This document shows, piece by piece, positions 38,232 to 46,749 of a stretch of DNA of 64,000 bases. Position 1 is the first letter of the stretch. Each line of letters opens with the position of its first letter. The notes beneath the pieces are model-generated. The model did no database searches. It had not been told where the DNA came from and saw only the letters and a program-made list of their open reading frames with translations. This DNA comes from Minisyncoccota bacterium. Lineage in GTDB: Bacteria > Patescibacteriota > Minisyncoccia > JAHIHE01 > JAGLIN01. Made by a program: the position numbers and the translations under genes. The stretch spans positions 27,617 to 91,616 of the forward strand of contig JAQUYG010000001.1 of assembly GCA_028691985.1 (NCBI GenBank), read 5' to 3'.

Positions 38232-38648
38232 GTGAAAACAAAAATTCTTCCAGAAGACATAGATACCAAAGGAAATTTTTTAAATACCTTTGGAAAGTTA
38301 GAGTATGAACTTATGGTAAGATTGATTGTAGAGAAATGCCAGAGATTCAATAGATGGGATCATTTCTCGCTGCGAGGAATACTTGACCTCGTAGAGGCGG
38401 ATTGTCCTGAACATATTATTTGGCGCACCCTGTGTCCAAAAGCCATCCTCAATCAACTTGTTGAAAATGGCTGGATAATTGACGAAAAAAACGGATATTA
38501 CAATATCACAGATGATTTGATAAAAAGATGCCACGAAAGGCATCCCACCAACAAAAAAGCACCTCCCAACACTTTAGAGCAATCAAGAACAGGATGGAGA
38601 AAAGTCAAAAAAGATGAAGAATATTTCGTTCCTCCGCCCTCAGAATAA
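38232..38648 (+). CDS. Hypothetical protein (GTG start)
   Basis: 138 aa; no recognised family. Confidence 0.35.
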   Translation: MKTKILPEDIDTKGNFLNTFGKLEYELMVRLIVEKCQRFNRWDHFSLRGILDLVEADCPEHIIWRTLCPKAILNQLVENGWIIDEKNGYYNITDDLIKRCHERHPTNKKAPPNTLEQSRTGWRKVKKDEEYFVPPPSE

Positions 38649-38652
38649 TTTT

Positions 38653-38690
38653 TACTACACTTTTTATTTTTTAAGTGTAGTTTTATTTTT
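38653..38690 (+). terminator. Intrinsic terminator
   Basis: ACTACACTT-tttatttttt-AAGTGTAGT followed by TTTATTTTT. Confidence 0.55.
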
Positions 38691-38728
38691 CGACCTAATC
38701 GACCATTTATCTAATAATCGTTTTTCAC

Positions 38729-38751
38729 CTGTCATTGCGAAGAGGCAATCT
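38729..38751 (+). repeat. Partial copy (5' hairpin) of the TGTCATT repeat family
   Basis: CCTGTCATTGCGAAGAGGCAATC (ATTGC/GCAAT hairpin) lies 65 nt upstream of full copy 1. Confidence 0.35.
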
Positions 38752-38815
38752 AAATTTATCCCCGCGGAGGCGGAGATGAAAATCCCGTCACTACAGTTTA
38801 CAAAACATTGTCTCC

Positions 38816-39008
38816 TGTCATTCCGGGCTTGACCCGGAATCTGCGTTATATTTCGCTTTTACTTTACTATAACACTTAATCGTTATGCTTCGTAGATTGC
38901 GGATATTTCGCAGTAACGAAATTCCGGAATGACAAATATTGTGAGTTTGACATTTGAGAAAAATTCTTCGGAATATTTTATATAAAAACTATCAACGAAT
39001 TAAGTAGC
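38816..39008 (+). repeat. Full copy 1 of a ~195-nt structured repeat, candidate ncRNA / MITE core
   Basis: It is ~85% identical over ~195 nt to 49956-50147. It starts TGTCATTCCGGGcttgaCCCGGAAT (8-bp hairpin) and has a subterminal AATTCCGGAATGACAAA. Confidence 0.6.
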
Positions 39009-39027
39009 CTGTAAGGGAATAACAAAA

Positions 39028-39060
39028 AAAGAAACGATTTCAAAATCGTTCTTTTTTATG
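39028..39060. terminator. Bidirectional intrinsic terminator (glnA 3' end)
   Basis: AAAAAAAGAAACGATttcaaaATCGTTCTTTTTT. Confidence 0.55.
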
Positions 39061-39076
39061 CAAACTATATCAAGTT

Positions 39077-40450
39077 CTAATAAACTTCTATATATCTTTC
39101 CTTCTCCCAATCAGTCACATGGACCCTGAATTCTTCCCACTCTGCCATCTTGATGTTGTAATACCTCTTGAATAGATCTTCCCCCAAAACAGATTTGATA
39201 AGTTCGTCTTTCTTGAGCTCATCCAGTGCCTCGCGCAAATTGTGCGGAACAGTATCAATGCCACGATTCACGATTTCTTCCGGTGTCATCTCATAAGTAG
39301 ACTCCTCAATCGGCTTGGGCGGAGTCATCTTGTTTTTCACTCCATCCATTCCCGCCGCCAACATCACCGCATAAGCAAGATATGGATTGCAAGTCGGGTC
39401 CGGACATCTGAGCTCGCAACGAGTCGAATTCGGTGATTTCGGATTTACGCGCGGAATCCTGATAAGCGCACTGCGGTTAGTCCTTCCCCAAGAAATATAA
39501 ACTGGCGCTTCATAACCGACAACCAGTCTCTTATAAGAATTAACAGTCGGATTAATAATAGCATTCATCGCCTTGATATGCTTCAACTGCCCAGCCACAA
39601 ATTGCTCGGCAATATCCGAAAGTCCATATGCACTTTGTTCGTCAAAAAAAGCATTCTTCCCGCCCTTGAACAAACTTTGATTCGTATGCATCCCTGAACC
39701 GTTAATGCCCTCAAACGGCTTTGCCATAAAAGTCGCGTGTAGTCCTAGCTCTTTAGCAACCATTTTCAGGACATATTTAAAAGTTATGGTATTGTCTGCT
39801 GATTTGATCGGACCGTCATATTTAAAATTAATTTCATGCTGACCATTTGCAACTTCATGATGGAGCGCCTCCACATCGATTCCAAAATTACCCAACGCGA
39901 TTCCCATCGCATGTCTTGTTGCCGCATCCCCATCGATCGTTTGATCAAAATATCCACCTTTATCGTGAGGCATTCTTTCCAGTGAACCATCACTATTCCT
40001 CTTCATTAGGAAGAACTCTACTTCCGGCGCCACACAATAATCGAAGCCCATCTCCTTTGCTTTCTCCATTTGCTTTCGCAAAATATATCTAGGGTCACCC
40101 TCAAACGGCTTCCCATCCGGAGTCAGAATATCGCAAATAACCCGTGCTTCCGTATGACCGTTTCCAGTCGTCCAAGGAATCACACGAAAAGTCGACATGT
40201 CCAATTTCAAAAACATATCACTTTCGGAAATCCTGGCAAAACCGTCAATTGAAGAACCGTCAAACCACTTACCGTTTTCAATCGCCTCCTCCAATTGATG
40301 AACGGGTATAGTTACCGCCTTAAGCGCCCCCAAAAGATCAGAAAACTGCAAATGTACAAACCTGACTTCATTTGCCTCAATTTCCTTTCGCACCTCTTCA
40401 GATAGCATAATTTTTGAGATATAAAAGATTAATAAAAACCAAAAAATCAA
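39077..40450 (-). CDS. glnA: Glutamine synthetase, type I
   Basis: 457 aa; …GSGMHTNQSLFKGGKNAFFDE…; the overall length and pattern match GlnA. Confidence 0.9.
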   Translation of the reverse strand: MIFWFLLIFYISKIMLSEEVRKEIEANEVRFVHLQFSDLLGALKAVTIPVHQLEEAIENGKWFDGSSIDGFARISESDMFLKLDMSTFRVIPWTTGNGHTEARVICDILTPDGKPFEGDPRYILRKQMEKAKEMGFDYCVAPEVEFFLMKRNSDGSLERMPHDKGGYFDQTIDGDAATRHAMGIALGNFGIDVEALHHEVANGQHEINFKYDGPIKSADNTITFKYVLKMVAKELGLHATFMAKPFEGINGSGMHTNQSLFKGGKNAFFDEQSAYGLSDIAEQFVAGQLKHIKAMNAIINPTVNSYKRLVVGYEAPVYISWGRTNRSALIRIPRVNPKSPNSTRCELRCPDPTCNPYLAYAVMLAAGMDGVKNKMTPPKPIEESTYEMTPEEIVNRGIDTVPHNLREALDELKKDELIKSVLGEDLFKRYYNIKMAEWEEFRVHVTDWEKERYIEVY

Positions 40451-40687
40451 AATTACTGCATAATTTTGACCCCTCTTTCGACCCGCTCTCCAAGAGCAAG
40501 CCTTCCTTCTATAAAGAACTAAAAATAAAAAAGAGTGTTTTTTTAATTCTTATTTTAAAATACTTATTAAGTATCTCACTTTGAAAAAAAATGTCAATGC
40601 ACAAAAACCTAAGCCTTTGTATAAAACAGTATTTTATGCTATTCTACAAGAAATAAATATTAGATAAAAATTATAAACATAGAATCA

Positions 40688-41116
40688 ATGAGGCTTAATG
40701 ATACTGAAAGTGAAGAAACTCCCAAAAGAGATTTTTTAAAAGCCATAGAAGGGATAAAAGACAGTGGTGAGCGCGAAAAAGAAATGAAAAAGGGGGATTT
40801 TATTAAAATACCGTCTGATAAATTTAAAAGATGGATTGGCGATGTTATTTTCGGAGATGAAAAATCTCTAGACAATTCAGAAGAAATAGAGGTTAAAATC
40901 TTAGAAAAAAAATATACAGAGGATGATTTTGGCAATAAATCCAATAAAGTGTTAGTTGAAGGAGGTGGTGTAAAAAAAGTAGTTTTTGCGAGTTTGTTTT
41001 TTAACTATGGTAAACCTTCAGACGATTCAGGCGATACAGATAAAGTTTTTGTGAATGGTGGTAGCGGTTTTAACCAAGCAACTGATACCGATGGTCTTAA
41101 TTATAATGTAGGATAA
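40688..41116 (+). CDS. Hypothetical acidic/Gly-rich protein
   Basis: 142 aa, low complexity. Confidence 0.3.
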   Translation: MRLNDTESEETPKRDFLKAIEGIKDSGEREKEMKKGDFIKIPSDKFKRWIGDVIFGDEKSLDNSEEIEVKILEKKYTEDDFGNKSNKVLVEGGGVKKVVFASLFFNYGKPSDDSGDTDKVFVNGGSGFNQATDTDGLNYNVG

Positions 41117-41180
41117 AGCTTTGTCATTAAATTTTTAATGAGTTTAATCTGACAATAGTTATGGCCGAAGACTAATCTCA

Positions 41181-41209
41181 TTGACAAATGTATTTGTCTA
41201 TGCTATATT
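41181..41209 (+). promoter_or_regulatory. Sigma70-like promoter upstream of the DEAD-box helicase gene
   Basis: TTGACA-N17-TATATT. Confidence 0.5.
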
Positions 41210-41310
41210 GGTTTGATGACTAACGACAATTCTTTTGCAGTTTTATATATTATAAAATTCTGACCTTAAGGATAATCGGGTCGGAATTTTTATTTTTTAT
41301 AAATACCAAA

Positions 41311-43125
41311 ATGGAAAAACAGACATTTGAAGGTCTGAACATAAGACCGGAGATTTTGGGGGTGCTCGGTAAACTTAATTTTAGCACTCCTACTCCCATC
41401 CAAAGCCAGGCAATCCCAGTGGCGATCAAAGACAACGATGTAATCGGAATCGCCCAGACAGGGACTGGAAAAACTCTAGCTTTTGGAGTCCCGACTATTC
41501 AGAAATTAATGGACTCAAAAGGCTTAGCCCTGATAATCCTCCCTACGAGAGAGCTGGCTTTGCAGGTAGATGAGTCTCTCAGCAAAATCTCCAGAAATTT
41601 CAACCTAAGGTCGGTAGTCCTGATCGGTGGACAAAATATGAACAAGCAATTGCGAGATCTTAGAGCCAACCCGAGAATTATCATTTCAACTCCCGGCAGA
41701 CTTATTGATCACCTGGAAAGAAAAACCGTTCGCTTGGAAAAAGTGGAGGTTCTTGTGCTGGACGAAGCGGACAGGATGCTCGATATGGGATTTGAACCGC
41801 AGATAAAAAGGATATTACAGTCCGTACCGCAAGAAAGACAAACGATGCTTTTTAGTGCCACTATGCCGGCAGCAATCGTCAATATTGCCAATCGATATAT
41901 GAAGACTCCGCTAAGAGTGGAAGTCGCCCCGGCAGGAAGCGCAACCGAAAATGTCACTCACGAGATTTTCTTTGTAAAGGACAGCTCTAAATTGTCACTT
42001 TTAGAAAGCGTACTTAAAGATAGAAAAGGCAGCGTTCTGGTTTTTTCCAGAACTAAACATGGCGCCAAACGAATCGCTTTTGCGCTACGCAAAATGGAAT
42101 ATACCTCAACTGAAATTCACTCTAATAGAACACTTGCACAAAGAATGAGTGCGTTAGAAGGATTCAAAAAGGGCAGATACCAAGTAATGGTTGCCACTGA
42201 CATCGCCGCCCGCGGAATTGATGTTAAAGGCATCGAACTGGTTATAAATTACGACCTGCCAGATTCTCCAGAAGATTATGTGCACCGTATAGGAAGAACC
42301 GGCCGAGCTGAAAATCTCGGACACGCGATTTCTTTCGCCACGCCACGACAAGCTCATGATGTTCGCATTATCGAGAGACTTATCAAAAAAGAATTGCCGA
42401 TTTCCAAGCTTCCTGAGCTTGCTCAATTAGATCCTTCTATAAAAGAAGAACTAGCCAAGAGAGAAAGTGAACGAGGGCAGAGAGGGCGAGACGACAACAG
42501 AAGGTCTCCGTCTTCAGAAAGCCGCGGACACAGTGCTTCCGGCAGTCGCTATGGAAGAAGTGCGAAACCTGCCGACACTGTTTCGAGAGAGAAACGGGAG
42601 GTAGAAAGCAATCCTCGCCGAGGATTCCTTCCTAAACGATCAAACAGTCGTCCTTACGAAAAAACCGCATCTTCCCTAGCACAAAAGGGTAAAGACTTCT
42701 ATAAAGATTTTAACAAAGACAGCTTTTTTGAAAGCTCTGATTACAAAAAATCAGATAGCAAGGACGAAAGAACCCCTAGGGCTACCAATAGAGGTTTTCA
42801 AACAAATCACAACGAAGGCGCAAATCGCAAATCCTATGGTCACACAAGTCGACCGAACCACAATTCTTCCAACAGAAGGGGCTATAAAGACTCCAAGGAT
42901 GAAAGGATTATTCAACCAGCGGCCCGCTCAGCGAAAAGAATCTCTACTCTCGAAGAGGGACAGCAGGATAGTTATGTACAAGAACCATTTATGAATGCCA
43001 ACAAGAAACCTGACTATCGCAAACCTTTCGGCACATACAAATCTACCCAAAGAGGAAAAGGCGGCAATAGCCGTGCACCTTTCAACAAAGGTCCAAGAAA
43101 AACAGCCGCTCGAACTTCAAGATAG
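41311..43125 (+). CDS. DEAD-box ATP-dependent RNA helicase with ~230-aa basic/RG-rich C-terminal tail
   Basis: Q-motif region …FSTPTPIQSQAIP; motif I AQTGTGKTLAF; DEAD (VLDEADRMLDMGF); SAT; HRIGRTGRAG. The C-terminus is rich in R/G/S/K/N. Confidence 0.9.
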   Translation: MEKQTFEGLNIRPEILGVLGKLNFSTPTPIQSQAIPVAIKDNDVIGIAQTGTGKTLAFGVPTIQKLMDSKGLALIILPTRELALQVDESLSKISRNFNLRSVVLIGGQNMNKQLRDLRANPRIIISTPGRLIDHLERKTVRLEKVEVLVLDEADRMLDMGFEPQIKRILQSVPQERQTMLFSATMPAAIVNIANRYMKTPLRVEVAPAGSATENVTHEIFFVKDSSKLSLLESVLKDRKGSVLVFSRTKHGAKRIAFALRKMEYTSTEIHSNRTLAQRMSALEGFKKGRYQVMVATDIAARGIDVKGIELVINYDLPDSPEDYVHRIGRTGRAENLGHAISFATPRQAHDVRIIERLIKKELPISKLPELAQLDPSIKEELAKRESERGQRGRDDNRRSPSSESRGHSASGSRYGRSAKPADTVSREKREVESNPRRGFLPKRSNSRPYEKTASSLAQKGKDFYKDFNKDSFFESSDYKKSDSKDERTPRATNRGFQTNHNEGANRKSYGHTSRPNHNSSNRRGYKDSKDERIIQPAARSAKRISTLEEGQQDSYVQEPFMNANKKPDYRKPFGTYKSTQRGKGGNSRAPFNKGPRKTAARTSR

Positions 43126-43145
43126 AACCTTATGAATTCTACACC

Positions 43146-43177
43146 AAAAAAACACCCTAAGGAGGGTGTTTTTTTGA
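43146..43177. terminator. Bidirectional intrinsic terminator
   Basis: AAAAAAACACCCTaaggAGGGTGTTTTTTT. Confidence 0.7.
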
Positions 43178-43246
43178 TTCTTACGGCCTATAATTAAAAA
43201 ATGACTTAGACATTTTCTCCTCCTCTTCTTGCAACATTTTCATTTT

Positions 43247-43579
43247 CTAATCCATCTTGCCCCTCATCTTTTTTAAATTATCCCCATATTTTTCCCGCCA
43301 ATCAGGAATTTTATCCTTGATTTTTAAAATCTTTTTCTCATACGCACCTTCCAAGTCTATGTCATACGAATTGCAAAGAGAAATCAATCCCACTAATACA
43401 TCGGCGCACTCGTCTGCCAATTCATTCTTTCGATTTTCTCCATACATTTCAATCTCCATTACCTCCTGAGCAAGCTCCCCTACTTCTTCAAAAAGCCCTA
43501 CCACATTTCCTAAGCGAGGATGCTCAATACCAGACATAATATGTCCCTGTTCGTCCTGGAGGTTTCTTAAAGTTTTCAT
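43247..43579 (-). CDS. MazG-like nucleoside-triphosphate pyrophosphohydrolase (small, single domain)
   Basis: …FEEVGELAQEVMEIE…ELADECADVLVGLISLCNSYDIDLEGAYEKKILKIKDK is an EExxE…D MazG/all-alpha NTP-PPase signature. Confidence 0.7.
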   Translation of the reverse strand: MKTLRNLQDEQGHIMSGIEHPRLGNVVGLFEEVGELAQEVMEIEMYGENRKNELADECADVLVGLISLCNSYDIDLEGAYEKKILKIKDKIPDWREKYGDNLKKMRGKMD

Positions 43580-43585
43580 GTATTT

Positions 43586-44125
43586 CTAATTATTTTCTTC
43601 ATTAATCCTATATAACTCCTCTTTATATTTTTCTTGAAGCATTCCCCAAATCTCTCCCGCAAGCACCCCCTCTGTAATATCCAGAAAATCAGCGATTTTA
43701 TCCAAAATAATTACTTGTGTCTTTTTGTCAGTCAAAGATAAGTAAAAGCCATTATCATAAAGATCTGCGAGTTTCACCGCTACTGCCTCAGTACCACGCT
43801 GGATTATGCGATCAAAATTTTCTTTGTACCTTTCTTTATAGACACTAATATTTTCATCCTCTGACAAACTCGCCACATTACCAGCGATATTTTCTCCAAA
43901 CTCTCGTTCAATATCCTCAATCTTCACTGCCGAATCCTCAATCAGATCATGAAGCATCGCAGTAATTACAGTTTCCGCATTTGCTCCAGTATTCATTAAA
44001 TAAAAAGCAACACGCATACTATGCAGTACTACAGGTTTGGGATTGTGTCCGCTCTTAGCATATTCACTACACAAAAAACAAATTGCTTTCTCAATTTGGA
44101 AAGAATCCTGATTGCTAATTTGCAT
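43586..44125 (-). CDS. HD-domain hydrolase of RelA/SpoT (small alarmone hydrolase-like) type
   Basis: …HSMRVAFYLMNTGANAETVITAMLHDLIEDSAV…FGENIAGNVASLSED shows the H…HD…ED pattern of the (p)ppGpp-hydrolase HD_4 fold. Confidence 0.65.
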   Translation of the reverse strand: MQISNQDSFQIEKAICFLCSEYAKSGHNPKPVVLHSMRVAFYLMNTGANAETVITAMLHDLIEDSAVKIEDIEREFGENIAGNVASLSEDENISVYKERYKENFDRIIQRGTEAVAVKLADLYDNGFYLSLTDKKTQVIILDKIADFLDITEGVLAGEIWGMLQEKYKEELYRINEENN

Positions 44126-44151
44126 ATTTTTATTTTTATAATAAATATGGC

Positions 44152-44582
44152 TTATGGCTTACCCAATAATTTACAACACTCTCTCGTATAGGGCGAGATA
44201 TTTTCCGGGACTTCCCTACACTCGAAACAAGCAACTTCTTCATTCTTATCTTCTTCCAAGTTCTGTGCCTTTTCCTCTGTCTTAGCAGAAAAATCGATCG
44301 CCAACCAATGTTTTCCGTCTTTTATGTAATCATTATAGTTTATTAGCGCGATATCAGAGATATCAACTCCAAGATCTTCCTTGACTTCTCTCCTGAGCGC
44401 CTCCTCACAAGTCTCACCGAATTCCACAGTGTTTCCCAGCATTGACCAGATACCTTCGTAACCCTCCCCCTTCTTTTCCGAAGACTTGGCTTTTGTTAAA
44501 ATAATTTTCCCCTCGCTATTTTTAACAAAAGCAAAACACCGAATCCGATGAAATCTCTGCCCGGTTTTAAAATATTTTCCAT
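44152..44582 (-). pseudogene. Nudix hydrolase with an apparent -1 frameshift at an A5 run. It may be a homopolymer sequencing error.
   Basis: N-terminus MENILKPGRDFIGFGVLLLLK| then the downstream frame NSEGKIILTKAKSSEKKGEGYEGIWSMLGNTVEFGETCEEALRREVKEDLGV (Nudix box GxxxExxExxxxAxxRExxEExG). One extra A in the AAAAA run would join the two frames. Confidence 0.55.
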
Positions 44583-44597
44583 ATTTTTAAAATTATT

Positions 44598-44990
44598 TTA
44601 CCAAAAATACCTTGCGGACTCCATAGGCTTTATATAATTAGGAGGATAATATTTCAATAGTCCTGGATTTATTTCTACCATTGAAGCTTTGTATTCCCTA
44701 TCGCATTGATAAACACAGTTCGCCTGCTTTTCTTGAGTTTCCATATTTTTTTCGTTATCGCCATATGTCCTAAACATTTGACCTGGATTCTCCGCCTCAG
44801 AACACTCATAGACACACATCATATAGATATTCCCTTGTGTCCTTTCAGCGTTATCGTGTAAATACCACCACCACCAAATAAAAAATACAAAAAGTATTAC
44901 GAGCTTTCCAAACGAAGAAACAAGACGACGCTTTTCCACAAGACTTAGTCCGCCCTTACTTTTATCCATACTATAGTCCTTATGAATCAT
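44598..44990 (-). CDS. Hypothetical single-TM protein with Trp-rich TM and Cys-containing ectodomain
   Basis: …LVILFVFFIWWWWYLH… plus 5 Cys. No family was recognised. Confidence 0.35.
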   Translation of the reverse strand: MIHKDYSMDKSKGGLSLVEKRRLVSSFGKLVILFVFFIWWWWYLHDNAERTQGNIYMMCVYECSEAENPGQMFRTYGDNEKNMETQEKQANCVYQCDREYKASMVEINPGLLKYYPPNYIKPMESARYFW

Positions 44991-45011
44991 AATTTAAGAT
45001 TAAAATTATTT

Positions 45012-45587
45012 TTATCCCAAAAATGGATTTTTCATATCAAACAAAATCCGCGGGGTATGATTATTCACGATATCTTCCGAGACTCCGTATTTTTCTTTGT
45101 AAAGTTTTGAAATTGCGCAAACGCGGCATTTTTCAATATCATATCCCAGTGATTTTACCGCCTCAACAACTGTTTTTTCATCGGGACCTTCAACCTCGAT
45201 AATCGGCTCCAAAAAAGGCCATTCGTCAATCACCACTTCGCATTTTCCCAAAGTCCAAGTTTCCCGCCTTTTTTCACTACGAGCTTTCTCACGAGCACCC
45301 ATCGTCTCCAAAAACTCAGAAGCCTCCTCCATACTTTCCGCAAAGAAACAAAATTCTCTTTGATCGGTAATTTTTTTACCGTCTATAATCTTAAGGCTCA
45401 TTGTAATCTTTTCGCCCTCATCGCGCACCCTGAGCCAACCACCCGCAATCTCACGCCCCGAAGGAAGATGTAACATAATATTTTTTTGCACATAAGAACT
45501 TTTTTGCAAAACCGCACCGATTTTTTGCAAACGGTTTTTTGCGTCTTCAATATTCACATCAGGAATTTTTAATTCAAATTCTATCAT
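45012..45587 (-). CDS. CYTH-domain protein (CyaB/ThTPase-like triphosphate tunnel metalloenzyme)
   Basis: The N-terminal MIEFELKIP carries the ExExK motif. The length and the pattern of charged beta-strands fit CYTH. Confidence 0.7.
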   Translation of the reverse strand: MIEFELKIPDVNIEDAKNRLQKIGAVLQKSSYVQKNIMLHLPSGREIAGGWLRVRDEGEKITMSLKIIDGKKITDQREFCFFAESMEEASEFLETMGAREKARSEKRRETWTLGKCEVVIDEWPFLEPIIEVEGPDEKTVVEAVKSLGYDIEKCRVCAISKLYKEKYGVSEDIVNNHTPRILFDMKNPFLG

Positions 45588-45699
45588 AATATATCGATTA
45601 TCTTAGCTATTCTTATTTACCCGAATTATAGCACAACAAACACACAAACAAAAAAAAGAAGAGCCAGATCTTCTTTTTTAAATATTTTTCATCTATAAA

Positions 45700-46689
45700 T
45701 TACGGTTGAAAAACTCCGCCTTCCGGTAAAATTTCCACAGACTTTACTTCCACGAACTGTTTCGCTGTCTTTTCGATCTGAAGCCTCAGAACATTGACTC
45801 GACAAGATCCTCCGCTAGTTGAAAAATCGGGATCGTCAAAAGCCAAAGATAGAACACCCTCATTACTCAAAGAAACATTCTCCAACTTCAACCCCTCAAG
45901 AGGAAACTCCGAACTTATGCCCGCCGTCGTTTCTATATCAGTCACGACCCCTTCCAACAAAAGCTTTATCGTATCCTCAATGACATCATCAGACTCAAGC
46001 ACTCTGCGTCCGACCACAACCATGCCAGATTCGGAACATGCCACATATCCATTTTCTTTTTCGTCTTTATAGGAGCTGTAATAGTATAACGAGACATCCC
46101 TCCACTGCTCTCTGGTCCCAAAATCAACAGGAACTTCCAGACTGTCATCATACTCTCGTATATCGGAAGGATTCTCTTTTTCAAAAACCAAAGAACCTTT
46201 CCCCCAGGCAGTATTTTTAAATCTTAAAACGACCTCGAACGGCACGAAGTCCGTTGTCATCCAATCAGCCTTGGCCTGAGCGACTGCAACTCCCAATTCA
46301 TTCTTATCTTTATCATAAATCCTAACCGGAAAAGACCCCTCGAAAAACCAAGTTCCTCTCGCCTCCCCGGTAACTTTGAGCGGACTGGATATGAGATCAT
46401 TCGGTTGTACATTATCAACTCGAATCAAATCTGACTTATCTTCCTTATCAGGAATGACTTCCTCCACAAAAATTTCTCCATCGGGAGTTCTACATTGCCT
46501 GGGATAAGATTCCATGATCTCATACCCAGCATTCAGACATTCTTCAAAACTTGCCACAACGGCAGAAGGGGTCGATCCGTTACCAAGGCCATCTTTTTTA
46601 TTGAGGACATAAAGTAAACTTGATATCACAAGCAGAAAAGCACCCAAAAACGATAACAAGGTCAGCAGAATTTTATTATTTTTCGTCAT
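45700..46689 (-). CDS. Secreted protein with Gmad2 Ig-like and GerMN-like domains
   Basis: N-terminal TM/signal; …VTGEARGTWFFEGSFPVRIYDKDKNELGVAVAQA…FEVVLRF is the Gmad2 pattern. Confidence 0.45.
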   Translation of the reverse strand: MTKNNKILLTLLSFLGAFLLVISSLLYVLNKKDGLGNGSTPSAVVASFEECLNAGYEIMESYPRQCRTPDGEIFVEEVIPDKEDKSDLIRVDNVQPNDLISSPLKVTGEARGTWFFEGSFPVRIYDKDKNELGVAVAQAKADWMTTDFVPFEVVLRFKNTAWGKGSLVFEKENPSDIREYDDSLEVPVDFGTREQWRDVSLYYYSSYKDEKENGYVACSESGMVVVGRRVLESDDVIEDTIKLLLEGVVTDIETTAGISSEFPLEGLKLENVSLSNEGVLSLAFDDPDFSTSGGSCRVNVLRLQIEKTAKQFVEVKSVEILPEGGVFQP

Positions 46690-46749
46690 ATCTTTTTATT
46701 ATTTATTTTATAAGATTATTATAACACAAGATGATGTATAACACGAAAA

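Noticed and set aside
38816-39008. 24-codon minus-strand ORF inside both copies of the structured repeat (MSNSQYLSFRNFVTAKYPQSTKHND / MPKTQYLSFRNFFTAKYPESTEYND)
   Set aside because: The two copies differ at 7 of 24 residues, mostly by non-synonymous changes, and there is no SD site. The G·U wobble pattern argues for a plus-strand RNA rather than a minus-strand peptide.
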